Below are positions 19,083 to 28,775 of a DNA stretch of 64,000 nucleotides, piece after piece. Each line of letters begins with the position of its first letter. The first letter of the stretch is position 1. A program made the translations under genes and the position numbers. Origin of the DNA: Desulfosudaceae bacterium (lineage in GTDB: Bacteria; Desulfobacterota; Desulfobacteria; Desulfobacterales; Desulfosudaceae); the NCBI GenBank assembly GCA_963674745.2, contig CAXXDV010000003.1:2048001-2112000 (forward strand), given 5' to 3'. A model generated the notes under the pieces. That model saw only the letters and a list, made by a program, of their open reading frames with translations, did not search any database and was not told the origin of the DNA.

Positions 19083-22000
19083 ATGAAGCCTGATCCCATG
19101 GATAATGAGCACAGCAACGCCCTGGTCGTCGGCGCAGGAATTTCCGGTATCCGCACTGCTCTGGATCTGGCCCAGCAGGGATACAGGGTGACGTTGATCG
19201 ACAGTAATCCGGCAACAGGCGGTCTGCTTAACCAGCTGGATTATCAGTTTCCCACTAATCACTGCGGCATGTGCAGGCTGCTGCCCCTGGTTCACCGGGA
19301 CCAGTCTTCCCAGCACTGCCTGCGCAAAGGTATTTTTCACGAAAACATCGACCTGCACTTATCCTGTGAGCTGCAGGATCTGTCCGGTGAGCCGGGAAAT
19401 TTTACGGCCCGGATAAAAGAAAAGCCGACCTGGGTGGATCCTGATCGATGCGTGGGATGTGGCCTTTGTGAACAGGTCTGCCCGGAAGAAATCCCGGACT
19501 GTTTCAACGAGGGGCTTTCCCGTAGAAAGGCGATTCATTTGCCCGTTCCCCATGCCATTCCAAATGCGTATGTTGTGGACCTGGCATTTTGCAGTCGTTG
19601 CGGCGCCTGTGAAGCGGTCTGTCCCACTGATGCGATTCAGCTGTCGGATGTCAACCGGAAGGCTTTTTCCATTCTGGTGGTGGATGATGAACTGAGCATC
19701 CGGGATTCCCTCAAAGAATGGCTGGAAGAAGAAGGTTTCAGCGTCGACATGGCCGATTCGGGCAAGGCGGCGCTTTCCGCGCTGGAAGAAAAAGAGTATC
19801 GTCTTATGCTGACCGACATCAAGATGCCGGAAATGGACGGCGTCGAGCTCTTGGCAAAGGCAAAAGAACTCCAGTCCGAGCTGAACGTGGTCATGATGAC
19901 AGCCTATGCTACCGTTGAGACGGCCATCGAAACCATGAAAACCGGCGCCCGGGATTACCTGATCAAACCGTTTGACCCGGAGACCCTGATACCCATGGTG
20001 GTCCGTATTTTTCAGGATGTCGAAGCATCAAAAGACCGGGTATTGTCAGTGGATACAGTTATCTTTGCCTGCGGTACCACTTTCTACAATCCCGCGGATA
20101 ACAAAAATGTTTATGGTTACGGGATTTATCCCAATGTACTCACCCACATCGAGTTTGAACGTATGCTCAGTCCGGCCGGCCCGAGTCCGGAAGGACTGCT
20201 GCGACGGGACAACAACAAGCCTGTAAAAAAAATTGCCTGGATTCAATGTGTCGGCTCAAGGGACATACAGAACGGGGCTGATTACTGCTCAGGCATCTGC
20301 TGTATGATTGCGGTAAAGGAGGCCATGCTGGCCAGACAGATGTCAGGCGGTCAAATTGAACCCGTTATTTTTTATATGGATATGCGGGCCTGGGGCAAGC
20401 CTTTTCAGTCTTATCTTGACGAAGCTGCGGAATCGGATCAAATCCGATTTGTCCGCTGCAAAGTTCACTCTTTAAGCGAGGATTCCGAGACCCGAGACCT
20501 TGTGCTGCGTTACATGGACCGGCCAGGACACGCCGTCTTTGAAAACTTTGATATGGTCGTTCTTTCCACAGGAATGCGGCCCGGTCCGGATATGGCGCGG
20601 CTGGCGGAAATCACAGGTGTCGGACTGAATCCCTGGGGATTTTTTGATCACCTTCCGTTTGAGCCTGCCAGGACCGGCCAGGACGGCATTTTTGTCTCCG
20701 GTTCCACCACGGAACTCCGGGACATCAGCGAGTCGATGATCACGGCCTCTGCTGCTGCTGCCAATGCTTCCGGAATTATCCGGAAGCAAGATGCCGGGCA
20801 AAAAATGCCGGCACTTCCCGTCTTACCTGAAAAGGATACAAGCCGGGAGCCCGTGCGGATTCTTCCGGTGATCTGCACCTGCAACGGACGCCTGGAGGCA
20901 GCGGTGACAAAAAAAGATATCGAGCAGGTTTTTGATTTCGACCCGGACCTTGACGATCCCGTTTTTATTGACCGGCTCTGCATGGCCCAGGGATGGCAGG
21001 AAATGAAAGACCACCTGGCAGACAGTGCCTGCAACCGGATGTTGATCGCCGCATGCCATCCTTATGTGTTTACGCCCGGAATCCGGAGGCTGAGGGATGA
21101 TCCCGGGGTTGATCCGGCCATGGTTCATGCCGTGGATACCATGACCCCTCTTTTCTCAACAAAACCGGAGAAAGCAGAAGAAAAAACATTACATTTATCC
21201 CGGATCGCCGCTGGCCTGCGCCAGGGAGCGGCCTTTCTGAAGCATGCCGAGCCCGCATCTCGCACTGAAACAGCCATGTGTCAGCGGGTACTGGTGATCG
21301 GGGGGGGGATCGCCGGCATGACGGCCGCCCTGGCTATTGCCGGTCAGGGCTTTGAGGTGGACCTGGTAGAAAAAGAAGAACAGTTTGGCGGCAATCTGAA
21401 CTGGCTTTCTTCCACCCTTGAGGGGCATGACGTCAAGGCCCTTCTCGAGGACACACTGTCCCGTCTAGGCAAAGCACCCGCCCTTTCACTTTATCCCGGT
21501 GCCCGGTTGGTGAATGTAACCGGAACCGCCGGTCATTTCCGGACGGTCCTCGAAGACGACCAGCAAAAAGGGGTGTCCCTGACACACGGCGCCGTCATCA
21601 TTGCCACCGGCGGCCGGGAATCAGATACCTGCGCCTTTTTGCATGGTGAAAATGACCGGGTGATCACCCAGAAAGCGCTGGAGGGAAAACTGTCTGAGGA
21701 AGGGGCCGATATTCCGGGTACAGTCGTGATGATTTTATGCGTTGACTCCAGGGTTCCGTCTGCGAACTACTGTTCCCAGGTCTGCTGCCCGACAGCGATA
21801 AAACAGGCGAGAGAAATCAAACGGCGCAGCCCGGACACAGAAATTTTTATTTTCTACCGGGATATGATGACCTGCGGTTTTTCAGAGACTTATTTCACCC
21901 ATGCCAGAAATGAAGGCATTATTTTCATCCCCTATTCACTGGACAAGCTTCCGGAAGTAAAAGCCATAGAGGACGGTATTCAGGTCTGCGGGAACGATCC

Positions 22001-22532
22001 CATCCTGGATCAGTCTCTTGAAATTTCAGCCGATCTTCTAATCCTTGCCACTGGAATTACACCGGAGTTGCCTGAAGATCTTGCAGAGATGCTTGGTATC
22101 GTCCGTGATAAAAACGGTTTTTTTAATGAAGCGGACCCCAAATGGCGTCCTTTGGACAGTCTCACCGAAGGCATTTTTGCCTGCGGTATTGTCCAGGCAC
22201 CCCGATCAGTGGAAAAGAGCATTGGAACGGCTCAGGCCGCAGCGCAGCGGGCCATGAGCATTATCAGCCAGCCCCGTTACCGGATGGACAGGACCACAGC
22301 ATCCGTCCGGCATGCAATCTGCAGCCGCTGTGAAGCCTGCATCCCGGTTTGCCCTTACAACGCACGAACACTGAACACAGAAGAAGACAGGATTCAGGTC
22401 AATGCATTGGCCTGCCAGGGATGCGGGGCCTGTGCAGCAGCCTGTCCCAATGGAGCGGCTATCCTTGAAGGCTTTTCCAGCCGTCAGATGCTGGATGGTA
22501 TTGACGCAGTCTTTTATCCGCTGCCGAATTAA
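19083..22532 (+). CDS. hdrA: Tandem (two FAD-domain) HdrA-family protein with an internal response-regulator receiver domain
   Basis: GAGISG...DYQFPTNHCGMC, ferredoxin motifs, REC domain at ~19665-20020, CVGSRD...CSGICC, second GGGIAG module and C-terminal 2x[4Fe-4S]. Confidence 0.92.
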   Translation: MKPDPMDNEHSNALVVGAGISGIRTALDLAQQGYRVTLIDSNPATGGLLNQLDYQFPTNHCGMCRLLPLVHRDQSSQHCLRKGIFHENIDLHLSCELQDLSGEPGNFTARIKEKPTWVDPDRCVGCGLCEQVCPEEIPDCFNEGLSRRKAIHLPVPHAIPNAYVVDLAFCSRCGACEAVCPTDAIQLSDVNRKAFSILVVDDELSIRDSLKEWLEEEGFSVDMADSGKAALSALEEKEYRLMLTDIKMPEMDGVELLAKAKELQSELNVVMMTAYATVETAIETMKTGARDYLIKPFDPETLIPMVVRIFQDVEASKDRVLSVDTVIFACGTTFYNPADNKNVYGYGIYPNVLTHIEFERMLSPAGPSPEGLLRRDNNKPVKKIAWIQCVGSRDIQNGADYCSGICCMIAVKEAMLARQMSGGQIEPVIFYMDMRAWGKPFQSYLDEAAESDQIRFVRCKVHSLSEDSETRDLVLRYMDRPGHAVFENFDMVVLSTGMRPGPDMARLAEITGVGLNPWGFFDHLPFEPARTGQDGIFVSGSTTELRDISESMITASAAAANASGIIRKQDAGQKMPALPVLPEKDTSREPVRILPVICTCNGRLEAAVTKKDIEQVFDFDPDLDDPVFIDRLCMAQGWQEMKDHLADSACNRMLIAACHPYVFTPGIRRLRDDPGVDPAMVHAVDTMTPLFSTKPEKAEEKTLHLSRIAAGLRQGAAFLKHAEPASRTETAMCQRVLVIGGGIAGMTAALAIAGQGFEVDLVEKEEQFGGNLNWLSSTLEGHDVKALLEDTLSRLGKAPALSLYPGARLVNVTGTAGHFRTVLEDDQQKGVSLTHGAVIIATGGRESDTCAFLHGENDRVITQKALEGKLSEEGADIPGTVVMILCVDSRVPSANYCSQVCCPTAIKQAREIKRRSPDTEIFIFYRDMMTCGFSETYFTHARNEGIIFIPYSLDKLPEVKAIEDGIQVCGNDPILDQSLEISADLLILATGITPELPEDLAEMLGIVRDKNGFFNEADPKWRPLDSLTEGIFACGIVQAPRSVEKSIGTAQAAAQRAMSIISQPRYRMDRTTASVRHAICSRCEACIPVCPYNARTLNTEEDRIQVNALACQGCGACAAACPNGAAILEGFSSRQMLDGIDAVFYPLPN

Positions 22533-22562
22533 GAATCAAAAAAAGTGCCACGGAGCATGACT

Positions 22563-23141
22563 ATGAAAAAAAAAGAAAATATCGTCCCGGAACGAGCAAA
22601 ACATCTTTTGGCAGCTGTGAGGGAAATGGTTCAGCCCTGCATCCAGTGCGGAACCTGTACCGGTTCATGCCCCAACGCTTTTGCCATGACACATACACCC
22701 AGAGCGCTGTGGCACATGGTGATAGAAGGTCAGGACGCTGAAGTATTGTCCAGCAAGACCTTTATTCTCTGCTCCTCCTGTTACTCATGCACCCTCCGCT
22801 GCCCCCGAGGGCTGCCGTTGACAAATGCCATGTCCCTGCTGACCCAGGCGGCCAGAGATGAAAATCAGCCCTGGTTTGTCAAAAGCCAGGCTTTTTATAC
22901 GGCATTTCTGGACAGTGTCCGCCGTCGAAAGCGCGTAAATGAGACTGAATTTATGTCTCTCTTCTTCTGGAAAATGAAAAATCCGATCCTTTCTCTGCAA
23001 TTTGCTTCCCTGGGCCTGAAACTGATGAAGAAACGCAAAATCAGTCTTCCGGTGTTTTTCCCGGGACAGGAAACAGGGCTTGAAAAAATTTTTGAAAAAA
23101 CCCGGCAGGTGGAAGCCGGACAAATGGAGAAAAAGGCATGA
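22563..23141 (+). CDS. hdrC: Heterodisulfide reductase subunit C-like Fe-S protein
   Basis: CIQCGTCTGSCP and CSSCYSCTLRCPRG. Start uncertain (22545/22557/22563); GGAG precedes 22563. Confidence 0.9.
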   Translation: MKKKENIVPERAKHLLAAVREMVQPCIQCGTCTGSCPNAFAMTHTPRALWHMVIEGQDAEVLSSKTFILCSSCYSCTLRCPRGLPLTNAMSLLTQAARDENQPWFVKSQAFYTAFLDSVRRRKRVNETEFMSLFFWKMKNPILSLQFASLGLKLMKKRKISLPVFFPGQETGLEKIFEKTRQVEAGQMEKKA

Positions 23142-24055
23142 AATATCTTTATTATCCCGGATGTTCCCTGGAGGGTACGGCTCTGGAATACAACCGCTCG
23201 ACCTGTTCCCTCATGGCGGCCCTGGGAGTGGAACTGGTGGAGATTGATGACTGGTCCTGCTGCGGGGCCAGTGCGGCCACAACGATATCTGAACTGCTTT
23301 CCCTTGTACTACCGGCCCGAAATCTGGCGCTGGCAGAAAGGATGTGCGAAGAAACCGGTGAAAAGCTGGATATTTTAGTACCCTGTTCGGCCTGCTATCT
23401 AAATTTAAAAAAAGTATCTGAACAGGCAGCGGCAAACCCTGCGTTGCTGGATCAGCTGAACTCGATTCTGGCAGAAGATGGACTGAAACTCGAGAATCAC
23501 TTGAATGTCCGTCACCTGCTCGATGTGCTCAGCAAAGACTTAGATCCGGACCATCTGGCCGCAAGCGTCATATCTCCGCTGTTCGGGGTATCAGCCGCAC
23601 CATATTACGGGTGTCAGTGCCTGAGGCCCTACCCTGTTTTTGATGATCCGGAGAAACCCGAATCAATGGATGCCCTGATCCGGGCCTGTGGTGCAACGCC
23701 CTATGCCTGGGCCATGGGAGGGGTCTGCTGCGGCGCATCACATATGAATACAAAACCGGAAGTCGGAAAAACGTTGGTTGGACGTATCCTGAGCCGGGCC
23801 GGAAATGCCGACGTCATCCTGACGGTCTGTCCAATGTGCCAGATGAACCTTGAAGGATATCAGAAAAAAACCGGCCATGCCTGTCATAAGGAATTCAATA
23901 CCACGATTCTGTATCTTCCACAATTTATCGGAATCGCGCTGGGCCTCTCAGAAGAACAGGTCCGCACGGATTTAAACCTTTCAATCACAGCCGATTTCAA
24001 AAAAAAGATAGAAAATTTGACACGCACGTCCTTAACTCAGGCGTCTTCAGGATAG
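23138..24055 (+). CDS. hdrB: Heterodisulfide reductase subunit B
   Basis: YYPGCSL, DWSCCGA, PCSACY, PYYGCQ, CCGASH, CPMCQMNLE (two CCG domains). Confidence 0.93.
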   Translation: MKYLYYPGCSLEGTALEYNRSTCSLMAALGVELVEIDDWSCCGASAATTISELLSLVLPARNLALAERMCEETGEKLDILVPCSACYLNLKKVSEQAAANPALLDQLNSILAEDGLKLENHLNVRHLLDVLSKDLDPDHLAASVISPLFGVSAAPYYGCQCLRPYPVFDDPEKPESMDALIRACGATPYAWAMGGVCCGASHMNTKPEVGKTLVGRILSRAGNADVILTVCPMCQMNLEGYQKKTGHACHKEFNTTILYLPQFIGIALGLSEEQVRTDLNLSITADFKKKIENLTRTSLTQASSG

Positions 24056-24078
24056 TCCAACAATATAAGGAGGGTATT

Positions 24079-25392
24079 ATGTTTAAAAAAATTCTTTTGG
24101 CGACTACGCCGGCAGACGAGTCAAAAGGGGCGGCAGATCTTGCTTTTGCCATGGCAAGGCCGAGCAGTTCAAAGCTTTACATCTTTCATGCCTATGGGCT
24201 TCCGGATCAGGGATGGGGCAACATGCGTTATCTTTTGCCGTCCGGCAAGGTAGACGAGGCCGAAAAAGAACTGGAAGCTTATTTTAAAGCAGACCTGGAA
24301 GCTGTGGAAAATTATGAAGTCAAAGTTGTTCCGGGCGTTCCTGAAATTGAGATTCTCAGGTATGCCAGAAAGCATAATGTGGATGTGATTGTCATGGGCC
24401 CGCACCGGGTGGAACAGAATCAGCCGCGTATCTGGGGAATGACGGGTTCCACCATACAGAAAGTCAGCCTCAAGGCCCGGTGTCCGGTGATGATCGTCCC
24501 ACCGGATATGCCGGAAATTTTTCGTCCGGAAGAAGTCCATCTTTCAAAGGAAGACCGTCTAAGTTACAATGTCCTTGTTGTCGACGACGAACTTTCAATG
24601 CGTGATTCTTTAAAAGAATGGCTGACCGAAGAAGGGTTTACCGCTGATATGGCGGAATCCGGGGAGCAGGCACTTGAAATGCTGTCTAAAAAAACATATC
24701 AGCTCATGCTGACAGACATCAAGATGCCGGGTATGGACGGGGTTACACTGCTGGAAAAGGCAAAGCAGTATTATCCCCGGCTTGCCGTGGTCATGATGAC
24801 GGCCTATGCCACCATTGATACTGCCCTGCGCGCGACAAAAAAAGGGGCACTGGATTACCTGGTCAAACCCTTTGATCCGGAACAGCTGATTCCGAAACTC
24901 CGGCAGTTTCATCAGGATTACGAACTCACCCGCGGACGGTTTAAAATTGCTTTTTCAAACATTGTTCTTGCAACAGACTTCAGCAAACCGGCATTTTGTG
25001 CATTTAATTTTGCATTGGATATCGCGCAGGTATATGACGCAACCCTGCATATTTTTCATGTCCTGCCGGATACTGATCATGAAAAAATTCTGCCCCAGGC
25101 TGAAGTAGAACGAAACATCCAGGAAGCCCTGTCAAAAATGGAACAGCGCTATGGCCCTGATCTTTCTGCAGTTGTTGATTATTCAATGGATTCCTGGGAA
25201 GGCGTTCCTCATGCAGAAATTTTGAAATTTGCCAGATGGAAATATGCCGATCTCATCATAATGGCCCATCATTCCAGGGAGCGGGATCCGGAAAGCGCTG
25301 TTCTTGGCTCCACAGTGATTAAAGTTGCCTCCAGTGCCCGGTGCCCGGTACTGAGCATTAACAGGGATTTCATTCCTCGCTGCTGTGCCTGA
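24079..25392 (+). CDS. USP-REC-USP protein (tandem universal stress protein with inserted receiver domain)
   Basis: USP1 MFKKILLAT...GSTIQKV...CPVMIV; REC VLVVDDE...TDIKMPGMDG...MTAY...KPF; USP2 NIVLATDFS...LGSTVIKV...CPVLSI. Confidence 0.92.
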   Translation: MFKKILLATTPADESKGAADLAFAMARPSSSKLYIFHAYGLPDQGWGNMRYLLPSGKVDEAEKELEAYFKADLEAVENYEVKVVPGVPEIEILRYARKHNVDVIVMGPHRVEQNQPRIWGMTGSTIQKVSLKARCPVMIVPPDMPEIFRPEEVHLSKEDRLSYNVLVVDDELSMRDSLKEWLTEEGFTADMAESGEQALEMLSKKTYQLMLTDIKMPGMDGVTLLEKAKQYYPRLAVVMMTAYATIDTALRATKKGALDYLVKPFDPEQLIPKLRQFHQDYELTRGRFKIAFSNIVLATDFSKPAFCAFNFALDIAQVYDATLHIFHVLPDTDHEKILPQAEVERNIQEALSKMEQRYGPDLSAVVDYSMDSWEGVPHAEILKFARWKYADLIIMAHHSRERDPESAVLGSTVIKVASSARCPVLSINRDFIPRCCA

Positions 25393-25403
25393 TAACGGAG
25401 TTC

Positions 25404-26957
25404 ATGATGAATGAAGATAAAACGGAATGGAAAATCGTATTAATCGATGATGAACCCGATATCAGGGAGGTGATCCAGATCGTCCTGACGGACTGGGGAT
25501 ATACTGTTTTTACGGCTGATAACGGGTTGTCCGGCCTGGCATTGTGCCGGAAAATCTCTCCCCAGGTGGTGATCACCGATGTAAAAATGCCTGGTATGGG
25601 AGGTCTCCAGGTACTGGCACGCCTGAAAGAAGTGCAACCAAGAATTGAAGTCATCGTGATGACGGCTTTCGGGGATATCGAAACCGCCATCGAGGCGATT
25701 CAGCTGAATGCATCTGATTTTATCACAAAGCCGGTCAATGACCAGGCATTGGAACTGGCCATTGATCGGGCGAAACAGCGATATACATCGGCCAGGCAGA
25801 TCAGGGAACACGCAAAGATGCTGGAAAACGGCTGGATGCAGGCCAACCGTGAGCTTGAGAAAAACTACCACTTCCAGGATAAAATTATCAATAATTCCAT
25901 CAGTGGGATTATTGCCAGCGGTCCGGATGGCCTGATTAAACTTTTTAATGCCAGTGCCGAAAAGATGACCGGCTTCAAAGCAGCTGAAATCCTGGGGACA
26001 AAAAAACTGGCTTCCCTTTTCGACGAAAACGATTTCAACGAGATCGAACTGGCTCTGGCTGATAATGGTCACGGTGGACCGAACCGGATCGATCTTATGG
26101 AATCAATGATCAAGGACGATAATGGTACACATATCCCTGTTCAGATTTCAGCCAGCCTTTTGTTCGACAACCAGAAACATGAAGGTACGCTGATCTGCCT
26201 GCGGGATCTCAGGGAATTGCGCCGGATCGAAAGGGAAATGGCGGACCAGGAGAAAATCCTGCACCAGGACAAAATGATGTCTCTTGGAAGACTGGCCGCG
26301 TCTGTGGTTCATGAAATCAACAACCCCCTGTCCGGAATTTTGAATTATCTGCGGCTTATGGAAAAAATGACCCGGAAGCCCCTGGATGAAACAAAACTTG
26401 AAAAATTTTCCGGGTACCTGGAAATTGCGTCCAAAGAAACGGCCCGCTGTTCTTCTATCATTTCAAATCTTCTGATTTTTTCCAGAAAATCATCAATCAG
26501 TTATGAAGCCGTGAACGTGACAGATCTTCTGGAGCGGACGGCTCTGCTCATCCGCCACAAACTCGAACTGTCCAACGTATCCCTCTTACTCGAGCGTCCC
26601 GCCGACATTCCTGACTTAAAAGCGGATGCCAACCAGATTCAGCAATGTCTGATCAATCTTATTTTTAATGCCCTGGATGCAACACCGGAAGGGGGCACCA
26701 TCACCATCAGTGCGGATCACCCTTCAGGTACCAACCAAATCAATATATCCATCGCCGACTCCGGCAGCGGCATCCCTGAAAAAGACCTGCCATATATTTT
26801 TGATCCTTTTTTTACAACCAAAAAAGAAGGCCATGGTGTCGGGCTGGGGCTTTCAACCGTTTACGGCATCATGGAACGCCATGGCGGGGCCGTCCGGGTA
26901 GCAGAGACCGGTCCTTCCGGCACCCGCTTTATTTTGGAATTCAACTCCCTGGCTTAA
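25404..26957 (+). CDS. Cytoplasmic hybrid histidine kinase (REC-PAS-HisKA-HATPase)
   Basis: IDDE...TDVKMPG receiver; PAS (FNASAEKMTG); H-box VVHEINNPL; N, G1, F, G2 boxes. Confidence 0.93.
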   Translation: MMNEDKTEWKIVLIDDEPDIREVIQIVLTDWGYTVFTADNGLSGLALCRKISPQVVITDVKMPGMGGLQVLARLKEVQPRIEVIVMTAFGDIETAIEAIQLNASDFITKPVNDQALELAIDRAKQRYTSARQIREHAKMLENGWMQANRELEKNYHFQDKIINNSISGIIASGPDGLIKLFNASAEKMTGFKAAEILGTKKLASLFDENDFNEIELALADNGHGGPNRIDLMESMIKDDNGTHIPVQISASLLFDNQKHEGTLICLRDLRELRRIEREMADQEKILHQDKMMSLGRLAASVVHEINNPLSGILNYLRLMEKMTRKPLDETKLEKFSGYLEIASKETARCSSIISNLLIFSRKSSISYEAVNVTDLLERTALLIRHKLELSNVSLLLERPADIPDLKADANQIQQCLINLIFNALDATPEGGTITISADHPSGTNQINISIADSGSGIPEKDLPYIFDPFFTTKKEGHGVGLGLSTVYGIMERHGGAVRVAETGPSGTRFILEFNSLA

Positions 26958-26972
26958 AAAAAGACAAGGTAC

Positions 26973-28775
26973 GTGGTTTCTCTCAGCAATTTTAAAAAAA
27001 GCATTGCCTGTAAATTGATCCTCGCAGCAGGGCTGACGGTCCTGATAACAGTTTTTATCGGCGCGCTCCTCTTCATCCAATATGAAGAAACAAAGACGCT
27101 GATTTCTTTTGCCGTATTCATTTTTTTGATCTGTTCTTCAATTATTGCGATTTTCGTCATGCGTTTTGTGAACCGCCCGATTAAACAATTAATCTGGGAA
27201 ACCCGCCGGATTAATCAGAAGGCCCATGGCCGGATAGAAGGCTTCCGGGGCGGAGAGATCAAGCAGCTTGCAGAAGCGATCAATGAGATGGCTGAACAAA
27301 TGGATCTCAAGCAGAAAATATTGAATGAACAGCGCCAGGAATATCAGAATCTGTTTGAGGCAGTGCCCTGTCTGATTACAGTTCAGAACCGAAATTTTGA
27401 ACTTCTGCAGTACAACCGAAAATTCAAGGAACGCTTCCATCCAGATAAAGGGGCGCTTTGCTACCAGGCATATAAGAACCGCTCCAGTCCATGCCAGAAT
27501 TGTCCTATGGTTGAAACGTTCAAAGACGGTAAATCCCACCATGGTGAACAAAGCAGCATGACCCGGTCCGGGAAAACTTCCTACTGGACGTTGCGAACAG
27601 CCCCGATCAAGGACGCCGACGGCAACGTCACCGCTGTGATGGAAATATCCGTCGATATCACAAAAATGCGTCTGCTGGAAAATGAAGTCCGGAGATCTGA
27701 AGAAAAATACAGGGCCATTTTTGATAATACACCTAATCCACTGTTTGTTTTGGAAAGAGAAACACTGAAAATTCTGGACTGCAATGCAAGTGCGCATCAG
27801 ATATACGCGTATACGAAAAAAGAGATGCTTTCCCTGCAATTCGGAGATTTTTTTGACCCTGAATTTGAGCCGGAAGCCACGGCAGCTATCCGGGCATGTA
27901 GAACGCTCACAAGGGTCCGTCATCTTGGTAAAAACGGAAAAATTATTTTTGTCGACATCAGTGTTGCACCATCACAATACCAGGCATCCCGGGTGCTCCT
28001 GGCCAATGCCACCGATGTGACGGAACGGCTAACGGCAGAACAGCAGCTGATTCAGACCAGCAAAATGGCAACCCTCGGAGAGATGGCAACGGGTATTGCC
28101 CATGAATTGAACCAGCCCCTCACCGTGATCAAGACCGCGGCCGGCTTCATTCTGCGCAAAGCCCAGAAAAAGGAACCTATTGACGACGAAATCATGTCCA
28201 CCATGGCTGAAAAGATTGACGGACAGGTGAACCGGGCATCTAAAATCATCAATCACATGCGAGAATTCGGTCGAAAATCTGATGTGGTCAAAAAAACAGC
28301 CGATGTCAACCGGGCTCTGAACAATGCGTTTGATATTTTCCGTCAGCAGCTGAAACTGCACCAGATCGATGTGATCCGGCGCCTGACGCCTGATCTGCCT
28401 TTGGTTTTGGCTGATGAAAACCGTCTGGAACAGGTTTTTATCAATATCCTGATCAATGCCAGAGATGCCATTGATTCAAAATCTGTATTGGAAGAGGAGC
28501 AAGCCGATTCCATGGAATTAAAGCAGATCTACCTGACCACAAAAAGATCAGGCGGCGGGGTGGTTGTTGAAATAGAAGATACAGGCACCGGCATTCCAGA
28601 AGCGATTACAAACAAAATCTTTGACCCTTTTTTCACGACAAAACAGGCCGGTAAGGGAACCGGTCTCGGCTTGTCCATCTCTTATGGTATCATCAAGGAT
28701 TATGATGGACATATAAGCGTTCAAAAGGGAAAGTTCAACGGCGCATTATTCATCATCAAGCTTCCCTGCGCATGA
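26973..28775 (+). CDS. Membrane histidine kinase (2 TM-HAMP-PAS-PAS-HisKA-HATPase)
   Basis: Two adjacent hydrophobic helices, HAMP, PAS with CY...PCQNCP, IAHELNQPL, DPFFTTK, GTGLGLS. Confidence 0.92.
   Translation: MVSLSNFKKSIACKLILAAGLTVLITVFIGALLFIQYEETKTLISFAVFIFLICSSIIAIFVMRFVNRPIKQLIWETRRINQKAHGRIEGFRGGEIKQLAEAINEMAEQMDLKQKILNEQRQEYQNLFEAVPCLITVQNRNFELLQYNRKFKERFHPDKGALCYQAYKNRSSPCQNCPMVETFKDGKSHHGEQSSMTRSGKTSYWTLRTAPIKDADGNVTAVMEISVDITKMRLLENEVRRSEEKYRAIFDNTPNPLFVLERETLKILDCNASAHQIYAYTKKEMLSLQFGDFFDPEFEPEATAAIRACRTLTRVRHLGKNGKIIFVDISVAPSQYQASRVLLANATDVTERLTAEQQLIQTSKMATLGEMATGIAHELNQPLTVIKTAAGFILRKAQKKEPIDDEIMSTMAEKIDGQVNRASKIINHMREFGRKSDVVKKTADVNRALNNAFDIFRQQLKLHQIDVIRRLTPDLPLVLADENRLEQVFINILINARDAIDSKSVLEEEQADSMELKQIYLTTKRSGGGVVVEIEDTGTGIPEAITNKIFDPFFTTKQAGKGTGLGLSISYGIIKDYDGHISVQKGKFNGALFIIKLPCA

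Noticed and set aside
14036..24055. Selenocysteine recoding in HdrA/MvhD
   Set aside because: All ORFs are open and have Cys at the usual positions (LDCAAC, CNWC, GCHPGDC); no in-frame TGA needs read-through.
14036..24055. Class II benzoyl-CoA reductase (Bam) or Flx-Hdr cluster
   Set aside because: No BamB-like tungsten AOR subunit and no FlxA-like subunit in the window.
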